NCBI GenBank assembly: GCA_965205265.1
Contig: CBDBGH010000003.1
Coordinates: 3,776,001-3,840,000, forward strand
DNA: 64,000 bases
Direction of reading: 5' to 3'
Origin: Alphaproteobacteria bacterium
GTDB taxonomy: Bacteria; Pseudomonadota; Alphaproteobacteria; Bin95
The stretch's first letter is position 1, and the number at the start of each line of letters is the position of its first letter. The notes under the pieces were generated by a model that worked only from the letters and a program-made list of their open reading frames with translations, ran no database searches and was not told the DNA's origin. Shown here one piece after another: positions 29,736 to 39,549 of the stretch. A program made the position numbers and the translations under genes.

Positions 29736-31465
29736 CCGACCGGCGCAACGACCCGACGCGGCGGATGAATGGCGGCCGCGCCGTCGCCGAAATGTTGAAC
29801 GCCTATGGCGGCGCGCCGATCTGGGGCATGGCGGGCTTCCAGCTCCTGCCCTTCTATGACGGCGTGCGCGCGCTCGGCATGACCCACACGCTCATAAACG
29901 ACGAGCGCTGCGGGGCCTTCGCCGCCGACGCCTGGGCGCGCGTCACCGGGCGGCCGGGCGTGGTCGATGCGACGCTCGGCCCCGGCGCCACCAACCTGCT
30001 GACCGCGCTCGTGGAATCGCTGAATGCGGGCGTGCCGATGATCGCCGTGGTGGGCGACGCCAACCGGGCGCATGCCTGGAAGAACATGACCCAGGAGACC
30101 CGCCAGATCGAGATGCTGGCGCCGGCGGTGAAGGAGGTGATCCGCGTCGAGGTGGGCGAGCGCATCCCCGAGCATGTGCGCCGCGCCTTCGCGGTCGCAA
30201 CGAGCGGCCGTCCCGGCCCCGTCATCCTCGATGTGCCGGAGGACATCGCGCATGGCGAGTTCGAGTTCAGCGAGGAAGCGCTTTACGTGGAGGAGGAATG
30301 CAAGCGCATCCCCTCGCTGCGCTGCCGGCCCGACGCGGCGGCGGTGGAGCGCGCGGCCGCCCTCCTCGACCGGGCCGAACGGCCGCTGCTGCTGGCGGGC
30401 GGCGGCATCCACCTGTCCGAAGCCTGGGAGGCGCTCCGCCGCTTCGCCGAGACGCATGGCGTGCCGGTTGCGCACACCATGTCCGGCAAGGGCGCGCTCG
30501 CCTGCACCCACCCGCTGTCAATGGGCCTGTTCGGGCGCTACGACCGCATCGCCAACGGGCTGATCGAGGAGGCGGACGCGCTCGTCGCGGTCGGCTGCAA
30601 GCTCGGCGAGATCGCAACGAAACGCTACACGCTGCCGCCCGCGCATATCCCGCTCATCCACCTGGAGATCGAGGCGGGCGAGATCGGGCGGGCGGTGCGC
30701 GCGGAAGTCGGGCTCTGGGGCGATGCCCGGGCCGGGCTCGACGACCTGGCGGCCGCCTGCGACGCGCGCATCGACCGCAGCGCCTGGACCGACGAGGCCG
30801 CCCGCCGCCATGCCGCCTGGCGCGAGGAGGCCCGCGCCCGCTACGAGAGCGCCGAGAGGCCGGTCAACATGGCCCGGCTGGTCCACGCGATCCGCAGCGC
30901 GCTGCCCGATGACGGCATTCTGGTGGCCGACGGCGGCTTCGCCGGCCACTGGACGGGCCTGCTCTACGACACGCGGCAGGCGGGGCGCACCTATATCGCC
31001 GACCGGGGCTTCGCCTCCATCGGCTACGGCCTGCCGGGCGGCATGGGCGCGGCGCTGGCCGCCGGCGGCCGCCCTGTGGTGGCGCTCTCCGGCGACGGCG
31101 GCTTCAACATGACGCTCGGCGAGATCGAGACCGCGCGGCGCCTCGGCCTCGGCCTCACGGTCGCTGTGGTGAACAACGCCGCCTCCGGCTATGTGAAGGC
31201 GCTCCAGCACGCCATGTACGGGGGCCGCTACCAGTCCTCGGACCTCTCGGAGACCGACTATGCGGCCGCCGCCCGCGCGCTCGGCTGCCACGGCGTGCGC
31301 GTCGAGGACCCGGCCGACCTCGACGCCGCCTTCGCCGAGGCGATAGCCGAGCGGGACCGCCCGAGCGTCGTCGATGTCGTCGTCACCCGCGACCCCGCGC
31401 AAATGCTCCCCGGCATGGACAACCGCACGGCCCCGAAGATCGAGCGGGGGGACAGGATTGCGTGA
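29732..31465 (+). CDS. thiamine-pyrophosphate-binding enzyme (acetolactate synthase-like)
   Basis: GPGATN, SGRPGPV, GDGGF..NN TPP motif. Confidence 0.92.
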   Translation: MTDRRNDPTRRMNGGRAVAEMLNAYGGAPIWGMAGFQLLPFYDGVRALGMTHTLINDERCGAFAADAWARVTGRPGVVDATLGPGATNLLTALVESLNAGVPMIAVVGDANRAHAWKNMTQETRQIEMLAPAVKEVIRVEVGERIPEHVRRAFAVATSGRPGPVILDVPEDIAHGEFEFSEEALYVEEECKRIPSLRCRPDAAAVERAAALLDRAERPLLLAGGGIHLSEAWEALRRFAETHGVPVAHTMSGKGALACTHPLSMGLFGRYDRIANGLIEEADALVAVGCKLGEIATKRYTLPPAHIPLIHLEIEAGEIGRAVRAEVGLWGDARAGLDDLAAACDARIDRSAWTDEAARRHAAWREEARARYESAERPVNMARLVHAIRSALPDDGILVADGGFAGHWTGLLYDTRQAGRTYIADRGFASIGYGLPGGMGAALAAGGRPVVALSGDGGFNMTLGEIETARRLGLGLTVAVVNNAASGYVKALQHAMYGGRYQSSDLSETDYAAAARALGCHGVRVEDPADLDAAFAEAIAERDRPSVVDVVVTRDPAQMLPGMDNRTAPKIERGDRIA

Positions 31466-31738
31466 CGGTGACGCCCAACCAACCGATATCCCGCGATCGT
31501 GCATTGTTGTTCCGCATCACGCATGTTCGGAACCTTCCGTGGCTGCTGCGCAATGGCCTTTATGCAGCCTCCGGCCTCCGAGACCCTGATTTCGTGTCAA
31601 TCGGAAATCCGGATCTCATTGAGAAACGTGAACGACGAGTGGTCCCCACTCCGCCCGGTGGCACCCTCGATGACTACGTGCCGTTTTATTTCACCCCCTA
31701 TTCGCCGATGCAGCTAAACATCCTTTCTGGCCGAGGCG
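31462..31738 (+). pseudogene. darT: darT 5' part (DNA ADP-ribosyltransferase toxin), interrupted
   Basis: FRITHVRNLPWLLRNGL, DYVPFYFTPYSPM motifs; homology ends at LSGRG. Confidence 0.88.
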
Positions 31739-31739
31739 A

Positions 31740-32222
31740 TCGTGCATTCATTCTGCCCATGTCGGGCAGGACTGCGTCATCCATTACCCGTGGCATGCCC
31801 ATTTCGGCCGCCGTGTCCGCCTTGAAGTTATCGAACAGCGTGCCGACGGCCTCATGGCCTCTGTCGAGGTAGAGCCCGGGCTGGTCATCAAGATTCCCGC
31901 CTGGTCGCTCGATCCTGCGTCATGCGCCGGCATGGAGATCGGCGCGCCGCGTGTATCCCTGGCCGCTCTTGCCGCGCTTCACGAGGTTCTCGTCGGCCAG
32001 GGTTTTAGACGAAGCTCCTCCGCTGACGGGACGGTTAGTGAGGAGGAGCTCAATGAAGTCTTTGGCTGTACCGGCGAGGCCGCCGGGCGAGTTCCGACAG
32101 CTCAGCATGCTGTTGGACACACCGGCGCTGCGTGGCCTGAACCGGGAGGAACGCGACGCGGTCGTGGGCGCGCTGGCCGGGCTGCTTCTGGAAGCGGCGG
32201 ATTTCGCGGTGAAGGAGGATGA
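31740..32222 (+). CDS. accessory ORF of the recombinase element, open to the left end and lacking its own 5' start
   Basis: Frame SCIHSAHVGQDCVIHYPWHAHFGRRV...IPAWSLDPASC; RBS and ATG lie at the far right end of the element (34312). Confidence 0.6.
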   Translation, partial: SCIHSAHVGQDCVIHYPWHAHFGRRVRLEVIEQRADGLMASVEVEPGLVIKIPAWSLDPASCAGMEIGAPRVSLAALAALHEVLVGQGFRRSSSADGTVSEEELNEVFGCTGEAAGRVPTAQHAVGHTGAAWPEPGGTRRGRGRAGRAASGSGGFRGEGG

Positions 32223-32238
32223 CGATGAGCACCTCTGA
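32053..32238 (+). CDS. small protein of the recombinase element (61 aa)
   Basis: AGGAGGAG RBS; MKSLAVPARPPGEFRQLSMLLD...LAGLLLEAA; overlaps the recombinase start. Confidence 0.7.
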   Translation: MKSLAVPARPPGEFRQLSMLLDTPALRGLNREERDAVVGALAGLLLEAADFAVKEDDDEHL

Positions 32239-34297
32239 TGCGTTGCCGCGATCGGTGTTGACGCGCAAGGCCGTGGTTTATGTCCGTCAGTCCACGCCCC
32301 AGCAGATGCGGAACAATCTCGAGAGCCAGCGCCGCCAATACGATCTCGTCAACGTGGCGCGCGGGCACGGTTTCGCCCGGGTTGAGGTCATCGACGAAGA
32401 TCTGGGCCTGTCGGCGAGTGGCGCCATCGCACGGCCGGGTTTCGAGCGTCTCGTCGCCTGGCTGTGTGCCGGGGACGTCGGAGCGGTACTTTGCTTCGAG
32501 GCGTCTCGCATCTCCCGCAACGGCCGGGACTGGCACCATCTGCTCGAGCTCTGCGGTCTCGTGGAGGCCCGCGTCATCGACCTGGATGGCATCTATGATC
32601 CTCGCCACCCAAACGACCGCTTGCTGCTCGGACTTAAGGGCCAGATCAGTGAGTTCGAACTCGGCGTTCTCCGCGCACGGATGCTCGACGCCGCCCGATC
32701 CAAGGCAGCGCGCGGCGAGCTTCGCATCAGCGTCCCGATCGGTTACGTGTGGCATCCCCAAGGCGGGCTGGGGCTGGATCCTGACATTCGGGTTCAGGAA
32801 GCGATCCGTCAGATATTCGCCCGATTTCGCGAGCTGGGCAGCGCGCGGCAGGTCCTGTTGACGCTGGTCGAGCAGCAGCATTGCTTCCCGCGCCCGTCAG
32901 ATGGCAGGACAACGGTTAGCTTCGACTGGACGCCGATCCGCTATCGCAATGTGATTTCGGTATTGAAGAACCCCTTCTACGCTGGTGTCTATGCCTACGG
33001 CAAAAGCGAACAACGAACCGAGATCGTCGACGGGCGGGTGCACAAAAGCTATGGCCACCGGAGACCGATGGCGGAATGGGAGGTCATGCTGAAGGACCAT
33101 CACGAGGGCTACATCGATTGGGCGGAGTTCGAGCGCAACCAGGCGCAACTCGCCGCCAACGCCTTCGGCTGGTCCGGCGGCGCGAAGTCCGGGCGCGGCG
33201 GACGGGCGCTGCTGAGCGGACTTCTCAGCTGTGGGCGCTGCGGCCGCTCAATGTCAGTCGCCTATGCTGGGCAATCACCGGGCAATCCTGTTTATTTCTG
33301 CAACCGGCAACACCTCCAGCTCGGGCTCGATCGCTGTCTGAGGTTCGGCGGCGCGCGTGTGGATGCCGCCATTGCCGATGAGATCATCGGGGTCGTCGAG
33401 CCCTTGGCCGTGGAAGCCTCCTTGAAGGCCGAGCGGGTGAAGGTGGAGGGCCTGAGCGAACAACAGCGAGTGGCCGAGCTGGACCTGCAGCAAGCCCGCT
33501 ACGAAGCATCACTCGCCGAGCGGCGCTATGCCGCCTGCGATCCGGACAACCGGTTGATTGCCGCCGAGCTGGAGAAGAGTTGGGAGGCGGCGCTTCGCCG
33601 CGTCCAGGTGTGCGAAGCGCGGCTGGAGGCAATGCGGTCGCCGTCACCGCAGCCCTCGGGACCGGATCTGGCCGGGCTTGCCGATGACCTGAAGGCAGCC
33701 TGGAACGCGCCGGGGGTGAGCATGCGTGCCCGCCAGCGGCTCGTACGCACCCTGATCGCCGGCATCGTCGCCGATGTCGACGAGGAAGCGCGCGAAGTCC
33801 TGCTGACGATCCACTGGGTCGGTGGCCGCCATTCCCGATTGCGGGTTCGAAAGCCCAGAACCGGTGAACATGGCTGCCGAACGCCCGAGGAAGCGCTGGC
33901 GGTGATACGCAGCATGGCCGGGCGGTGGTCGGACGAACATATCGCTGCGTCTCTCAACCGGATGGGCATGCGGACCGGCCAGCACAAGAGCTGGACCGGC
34001 AAGCGGGTCGGATCGATCCGTCGCGTGAACGGGATCGACGGCTATCTCTCAGCGGACAAGCAGGGCGATTGGTACACCATGACCGAGGCGGCGAACGAGT
34101 TGGGCACCACCAGCCATACGCTCAGGCGCCTCATCGAGGATGGAACGCTACCCGCCACGCAGCTCGTTCCCCGAGCGCCTTGGCAGATCAGAGCCGCGGA
34201 CCTCCATTCAGAGAGCGTTGCTCACGCCCTGGCACAAAGGAAAGGCCCGCGTCGCACTTCATGCCGGGATCAGATGTCAATGTTTTCAGATAGTTGA
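32225..34297 (+). CDS. large serine recombinase with zinc ribbon, coiled coil and C-terminal HTH
   Basis: VYVRQST catalytic Ser motif, DEDLGLS, SRISRN, LSCGRCG. Confidence 0.95.
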   Translation: MSTSDALPRSVLTRKAVVYVRQSTPQQMRNNLESQRRQYDLVNVARGHGFARVEVIDEDLGLSASGAIARPGFERLVAWLCAGDVGAVLCFEASRISRNGRDWHHLLELCGLVEARVIDLDGIYDPRHPNDRLLLGLKGQISEFELGVLRARMLDAARSKAARGELRISVPIGYVWHPQGGLGLDPDIRVQEAIRQIFARFRELGSARQVLLTLVEQQHCFPRPSDGRTTVSFDWTPIRYRNVISVLKNPFYAGVYAYGKSEQRTEIVDGRVHKSYGHRRPMAEWEVMLKDHHEGYIDWAEFERNQAQLAANAFGWSGGAKSGRGGRALLSGLLSCGRCGRSMSVAYAGQSPGNPVYFCNRQHLQLGLDRCLRFGGARVDAAIADEIIGVVEPLAVEASLKAERVKVEGLSEQQRVAELDLQQARYEASLAERRYAACDPDNRLIAAELEKSWEAALRRVQVCEARLEAMRSPSPQPSGPDLAGLADDLKAAWNAPGVSMRARQRLVRTLIAGIVADVDEEAREVLLTIHWVGGRHSRLRVRKPRTGEHGCRTPEEALAVIRSMAGRWSDEHIAASLNRMGMRTGQHKSWTGKRVGSIRRVNGIDGYLSADKQGDWYTMTEAANELGTTSHTLRRLIEDGTLPATQLVPRAPWQIRAADLHSESVAHALAQRKGPRRTSCRDQMSMFSDS

Positions 34298-34331
34298 AGA
34301 GGGGGTGCAGAATGACTCCATCGTCGCGGCG

Positions 34332-34705
34332 CACAGCAGAGAAGGCCCGGCGAAATCATATTCGTTGTTACATCGATCACCCGTCTTGAGGAAGCTGGCG
34401 CCCGATGCCTCGTGACCGACTCTCATGCGTATTTTGGGGCAGCGAAATTTTCCACACCTCAGTCGGGTCTCGACTTGATCGACTGGGAACTGCTGCAACA
34501 GAGAAACTTTAAGCGTGATCCGAACGATCCAGATAAGATCGGGCGCTATCAGGCGGAGGCGCTAGTTCACATGCACGTGCCTATGAACGCTCTGCTTGGG
34601 TTGGCGACAAAGACGGCCTCAGATGCACGAAAAATAGAATTGCTCGTCGAAGACGCAGGTGTTAAACTTACAGTAGCGGAGCGGCCGAAATGGTATTTCC
34701 GGTGA
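34332..34705 (+). pseudogene. darT: darT 3' part
   Basis: Frame QQRRPGEIIFVVTS...TDSHAY...IDWELL...RYQAEALV (catalytic Glu motif) ...WYF; GTGA overlap with darG. Confidence 0.88.
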
Positions 34706-35772
34706 TCGAAACCGGGACGGGGAATCTGCTTGACGCCGAAGCGGAGGCGCTGGTCAACACCGTCAACTGCGTCGGTGTGATGGGCAAGGGTGTTGCGCTG
34801 ATGTTCCGCGAGGCGTTCCCGGAGAACTACCGTTCCTACCGGGCCGCTTGCAATGCCGGCGAACTCCGCCCCGGTAGTCTGTTCGTCCATCGTACAAACG
34901 ATCTGGTCGGTCCGCGGTTGATCGTGAACTTCGCAACCAAGGACCACTGGCGCGGCAAGTCGCGCATGGAGTGGATCGAAAGCGGTCTTGCGGAACTGGC
35001 AGCGCTAGTGCGGGCGGAAGGAATCCGTTCCGTTGCATTGCCGCCACTAGGAGCCGGCAATGGCGGGCTCGACTGGAACGAGGTGCGGCCGCGCATCGAC
35101 GAGCACCTGGGCGACCTCGAAAGCGTCCGGGTCATTGTCTTCGAGCCGACGGACGAATACCGCAATGTGAGCAAGCGCGCCGGCGTCGAAACGCTTACTC
35201 CGGCGCGCGCTGTGATGGCGGCCCTGCTGCGCCGCTACGAGGTGCTGGGCTTCGAATGCAGCCTGCTTGAAATGCAGAAGCTCGCCTGGTTTGCAGAGCG
35301 GATCGCGGCGAAGCTGGGATTACCCGACCGACTGGGGTTGCAATTCGAAGCCGAACGCTACGGCCCCTATTCGCACCGGCTGACCCATCTGCTCGACGGG
35401 CTGGACGGCAGCTATCTCCATTCCGACATCCGCATCCCGGACGCCAAGCCCTTCGATGTCGTGCGGTGCCGCTACGACCGTGCCGACCGGGTAGAAGCAT
35501 TTCTCAGGACGGCCGAGGCGAACGGCTACGGTGCGGTGGTGAAGAAGACCGACGAATTGATAGATGGTTTTCAGTCACCCTTCGGCATGGAACTGCTGGC
35601 GACGGTCGATTGGCTCCTGCACCGGGAAGGGTGCGCTCCGGAGGTTCCTGCAATCGCGGACGCCGTTGCGGCATGGCCGGCCGGACCCAAATGGGGACGG
35701 CGCAAGCGCAGAATCTTCGACGACCGCGTATTGGGTATCGCCCTTGAGCGATTGCAGTCCGCCGGTATGTAA
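34702..35772 (+). CDS. darG: DarG macrodomain antitoxin
   Basis: ALVNTVNCVGVMGKGVA, NFATKDHWR, LGAGNGGL; C-terminal YGPYS and ELLATVDW. Confidence 0.92.
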   Translation: MIETGTGNLLDAEAEALVNTVNCVGVMGKGVALMFREAFPENYRSYRAACNAGELRPGSLFVHRTNDLVGPRLIVNFATKDHWRGKSRMEWIESGLAELAALVRAEGIRSVALPPLGAGNGGLDWNEVRPRIDEHLGDLESVRVIVFEPTDEYRNVSKRAGVETLTPARAVMAALLRRYEVLGFECSLLEMQKLAWFAERIAAKLGLPDRLGLQFEAERYGPYSHRLTHLLDGLDGSYLHSDIRIPDAKPFDVVRCRYDRADRVEAFLRTAEANGYGAVVKKTDELIDGFQSPFGMELLATVDWLLHREGCAPEVPAIADAVAAWPAGPKWGRRKRRIFDDRVLGIALERLQSAGM

Positions 35773-35842
35773 CAGTCATTGCCGGTTGCCGGCCCCGCCG
35801 GGCGTGTTAGCTTTGTGCCCGAATTGAGAGGGGGAGGGCCGG

Positions 35843-36631
35843 ATGGCCGGGGGTTGCGACGGATATTGGCGGGAGACGAAAGTTGCGGGGGTGCCGGTGC
35901 GTTATTGCCGCTGCGGCACGGGCAGCCCGGTCGTGATCCTGCACCACGATATCGGCTGTCCGGACCGCGCGGACTTCGCGTCGGCGCTCTCAGGCTCCCA
36001 CGATGTGCTGATGCCGGTCCATCCGGGCTTCGGCCTCGGCAGCGAGCGGGCGGAGTGGATGCGCAGCGTGCGCGACCTGGCGGTGCTCTATCGCGGCCTG
36101 CTGGCGGGGCTCGGCATCGGGCGCGTTACTCTTGTAGGCCTCGGTTTCGGCGGCTGGGTGGCGGCGGAGATGGCGAGCATGGCGCCCGCGGATGTGGACC
36201 GGCTGGTGCTGGTCGGCGCGATGGGCCTCCAGCCGCGCGAGGGCTTCATCCTCGACCAGGCGCTGGTCGGTTATATCGACTACGCCCAGGCCTTCTTCAA
36301 GGACCCCGCCGCCTTCGACGCCGTCTATGGCCGCGAGCCCACGAACGACCAGCTCGAGGCCTGGGACATCTGCCGCGAAATGTGCTTCCGCATCGCGTGG
36401 AAGCCCTACATGTACAGCCAGACCCTGGCGCCGCTGCTGGGCAGCGTCACGGCGCCGGCGCTGGTCGTGCATGGCAACGCGGACGAGGTGGTGCCTATGG
36501 ACTGCGCGGCGCAATATGCCGCCGCCCTGCCGAATTCGCGCCTCGAAACGATGGCCGACTGCGGCCACGCCGTCGCGCTGGAGCGCCCGGAGGCGCTGGC
36601 GCGGCTCGTTCAGGACTTCATCGGGGAGTAA
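35843..36631 (+). CDS. alpha/beta hydrolase fold protein
   Basis: HPGFG, GLGFGG (Gly in place of the nucleophile Ser), CGH. Confidence 0.8.
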   Translation: MAGGCDGYWRETKVAGVPVRYCRCGTGSPVVILHHDIGCPDRADFASALSGSHDVLMPVHPGFGLGSERAEWMRSVRDLAVLYRGLLAGLGIGRVTLVGLGFGGWVAAEMASMAPADVDRLVLVGAMGLQPREGFILDQALVGYIDYAQAFFKDPAAFDAVYGREPTNDQLEAWDICREMCFRIAWKPYMYSQTLAPLLGSVTAPALVVHGNADEVVPMDCAAQYAAALPNSRLETMADCGHAVALERPEALARLVQDFIGE

Positions 36632-36637
36632 CGGCCA

Positions 36638-37879
36638 ATGCACCTCATGTATTTCACCGAGCAGCCCATGTCCACCTACCCGGCGGACAAGGGGCTGGAG
36701 TTCGGCGCGACGGCGCTGATGTTCTCCAACCGTTATTTCGACCCGGTGGACGGCAGCCGCCTCTACAACGAGTTCCTGGAGCAATACCTCTACGCCGAGG
36801 AAGTCGGCATAGACGGCATCATGCTGAACGAGCACCACAATGCGCCGTTCTGCATGCAGGCCAAGGCCAACATCTTCGGGGCGATCCTGGCCGGCATGAC
36901 GGAGAAGGTGAAGATCGTCATGCTCGGCAACCCGCTGCCGCTGGCGGAGAACCCGGTCCGGCTCGCCGAAGAGCTCGCCATGATCGACATGATCTCCAAG
37001 GGCCGCCTCGTCTCCGGCTTCGTGCGCGGCGGCGGCCAGGAGCAGCTCGCCGCGGGCGTCAACCCCGCCTACAACCGCGAGCGCTTCGAGGAGGCGCACG
37101 AGCTTGTCGTGCGCGCCTGGACCGAGACCGGCCCCTTCCGCTTCGAGGGCAGGCACTACCAGAACCGGGTGGTGAACCCCTGGGCGGTGCCGCTGCAGAA
37201 GCCCTATCCGCGCGTCTGGGTGCCGGGCGTCATCAGCCGCGAGACCATCGTGTGGGCGGCCGAGCAGCGCTATCCCTATATCGCGCTCAACACCTCCATC
37301 GCCGACACGAAGAAGATCTGGCAGGTCTATGACGATGTCGCGCTGGAATGCGGCTACGAGGCCGGGCCGGAGAACCGGGGCTACCTGATCCAGGTCCATG
37401 TCTCCGACAATGAGGAGAAGGCCATCGAGAACGCGCGCCAGTTCCGCTGGATGCAGGGCGAGTTCACGGGGCTTGCGCACCCGGTCTGGTCCACGCCGTC
37501 CGGCTATTCCTCGCCACGCAACCGCCGCGCCTTCGTTGAGTTCGCCGCCGGCCGCCGGCCCAATCCGCGCGGGCAGACGAGCTTCGAGCAGCAGATGGAG
37601 GATCTGCGCATCATCGCCGGCACGCCGGACACGGTGGTGCCGAAGCTGCGGCGCATCCTGGAGGAGACGCGGCCCGGAATCCTCGCGCTCTGGGGCAATG
37701 ACGGCATCGTGAGCCAGGAAGACTCGATGACCTGCATCCGCATGATCGGCACGGAGGTCTTCCCGGCGATCCGCGAGATCGCGAAGGAACTCGACCTCAA
37801 GAGCCCCTTCGAGGCCGACGCCCCGGTGTCGATCAAATACTCGACGGACCTGAAGGCCCCGGCTGCGGCGGCGGAGTAG
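36638..37879 (+). CDS. LLM-class flavin-dependent oxidoreductase
   Basis: NEHH, PVRLAEELAMIDMISKGRL, PLQKPYP. Confidence 0.92.
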   Translation: MHLMYFTEQPMSTYPADKGLEFGATALMFSNRYFDPVDGSRLYNEFLEQYLYAEEVGIDGIMLNEHHNAPFCMQAKANIFGAILAGMTEKVKIVMLGNPLPLAENPVRLAEELAMIDMISKGRLVSGFVRGGGQEQLAAGVNPAYNRERFEEAHELVVRAWTETGPFRFEGRHYQNRVVNPWAVPLQKPYPRVWVPGVISRETIVWAAEQRYPYIALNTSIADTKKIWQVYDDVALECGYEAGPENRGYLIQVHVSDNEEKAIENARQFRWMQGEFTGLAHPVWSTPSGYSSPRNRRAFVEFAAGRRPNPRGQTSFEQQMEDLRIIAGTPDTVVPKLRRILEETRPGILALWGNDGIVSQEDSMTCIRMIGTEVFPAIREIAKELDLKSPFEADAPVSIKYSTDLKAPAAAAE

Positions 37880-37894
37880 CCCTTCCCGCCCCGG

Positions 37895-38956
37895 TCAAGG
37901 CCGCCGGATCACCGCCTCGGAGAAGGCGCGCATGTTGGCCAGCGCCTCCTCGCGCTCCATGGCGCCGAAGGCGGTCTGGCAGAGGAGGTGGCCGACGCCG
38001 GCATCGCCGAGGGCCGCCACCTGTTCGCGCACGCGGGCGGGGGAGCCCCAGATCGAGCCCGTCTCCATCGCCTGAGCCACCGCCTCGCCGTCCGGGACCG
38101 AGGGGTCGCTCATCGCATTGAGCATGGCGGGGTCGATCTCGAAATCCGGCGGGTTGAGCGCGGCGCGCAGATGCATGATATGGGCGCGGGCCGCCACCAG
38201 ATGCGCATGGAGCCGGTCTTCCGCCTCGGCGTCGGAGTCCGCCACATAGACATTGCGCCAGACCGCCGCGTCGGCCAGCAGGCGGGCCCGCTTTGCAGGC
38301 GCATGGCCGCCCGCCTCCAGCCCCTGGGCATAGAGCTTCCAGCGCGCCGGGATGGCCTCCAGCGGCAGGCGCGTCGTCAGGAGCGGCAGCCCGGCCTCGC
38401 CGCATTCGCGGAACGACGCCGGGGAAATGGCCGAGCGCCAGAGCGGCGGCCCCGGCCGCTGCACCGGCCGCGGGCGGATTTCCGGCATCTCGAAGTCGTG
38501 GAAGGCGCCCTTGTGGCGGAACGGCGCCTCGGTCCATACCCGCTCCAGGATGGAGACGGTCTCGGCCATGCGCGCGCGGGAATCGCCGCTCCTGAGGCCA
38601 TAGCCCACGAACTCGTATTCGTTATAGACCGTGCCCTTGCCGATGCCGATGTCGATGCGCCCGCCGGAGAGGTTGTCCAGCAGGGAGAGCTGCGTTGCGA
38701 GCCGCACCGGATGGTGGAACGGCGCCTGCACCACGGCGAAGCCGATACGCAGGTGCGTCGTGCGCATGGCGAGCGCGGCGGCGAAGGTGAGCGCGTCGCA
38801 ATAGACGCTCTCGCCGGTGAAGTAGTGCTCCGTCAGCCAGACATCGGAGAAGCCCGCGGCCTCGGCCGTCTCCGCGAGCGCGATCTGGTCGGCGATGCGC
38901 TCCCGGTCCGCTTCCGGCGCCGGCGAGGCCGACAGCGTCAGCCAGCCGAACTTCAC
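37895..38956 (-). CDS. LLM-class flavin-dependent oxidoreductase
   Basis: WLTEHYF, HPVRLA..LDNLSGGRIDIGIG, PRPVQRP; GTG start inferred. Confidence 0.9.
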   Translation of the reverse strand: MKFGWLTLSASPAPEADRERIADQIALAETAEAAGFSDVWLTEHYFTGESVYCDALTFAAALAMRTTHLRIGFAVVQAPFHHPVRLATQLSLLDNLSGGRIDIGIGKGTVYNEYEFVGYGLRSGDSRARMAETVSILERVWTEAPFRHKGAFHDFEMPEIRPRPVQRPGPPLWRSAISPASFRECGEAGLPLLTTRLPLEAIPARWKLYAQGLEAGGHAPAKRARLLADAAVWRNVYVADSDAEAEDRLHAHLVAARAHIMHLRAALNPPDFEIDPAMLNAMSDPSVPDGEAVAQAMETGSIWGSPARVREQVAALGDAGVGHLLCQTAFGAMEREEALANMRAFSEAVIRRP

Positions 38957-39000
38957 GCCGTGTCTTCCCTCATCGCTGTTTCCGGCGAATGCAGCCGCCG

Positions 39001-39357
39001 TCAAGCGGCGGGGCGGCGGCCGGCAATCGCCTCGCGGAGGCCTTCGAGCAGGCCTTCCAGCCGCGCCTGCCCGTGCTCCACCGCCCGCAGCCGCCCTTCG
39101 ATCCCGTCGAGACGCCTGTTTGTGTCGTCGATGCGTGCGCCGAGGCGGTTGTTGACCTCGTCGATGCGGGCGCTGAGACTCTTGTTGACCTCGTCGATGC
39201 GTGCGCCGAGGTTCTTGTTGACCTCGTCGATGCGCCTGTTGGTCTCGTCGATGCGGGCGCCGAGACGCTCCTCAAGCCGCGAGTTGCTGCGCAGCAGCAG
39301 CGCCGCGACGGCGATGAGGATAGCGGGCGTAAGCCAAGCGGACAGTTCCAGCGGCAT
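39001..39357 (-). CDS. small membrane-anchored coiled-coil protein with 11-aa tandem repeats
   Basis: Hydrophobic N-terminus then LGARIDEVNKN / LSARIDEVNNR units (33-bp DNA repeats at about 39120-39265). Confidence 0.75.
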   Translation of the reverse strand: MPLELSAWLTPAILIAVAALLLRSNSRLEERLGARIDETNRRIDEVNKNLGARIDEVNKSLSARIDEVNNRLGARIDDTNRRLDGIEGRLRAVEHGQARLEGLLEGLREAIAGRRPAA

Positions 39358-39549
39358 GGACGACCTTTCCTTCGGCGAGGGAGTGTGCCCCCAACGGAGC
39401 GCGCCGGCAAGAGGCCGCCTGTACCCGCGCGCCTTTTGCATTTCGCGGCCGGCTGGATTATGGCAGGGGTTCCGCCGCGTGCAACGCGGCGAACTGTTAT
39501 GAATGGCGGCGTTATGCGCCGCCGCGGGAACGGGAGGGGGCGCTTCCCC

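Larger units (their letters stand above)
31739..34331 (+). mobile_element. 2593-bp large serine recombinase element inserted in darT
   Basis: GGCG direct repeat at 31735 and 34328; inverted TCATTCTGC (31748) / GCAGAATGA (34307); removal restores the darT frame. Confidence 0.85.
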
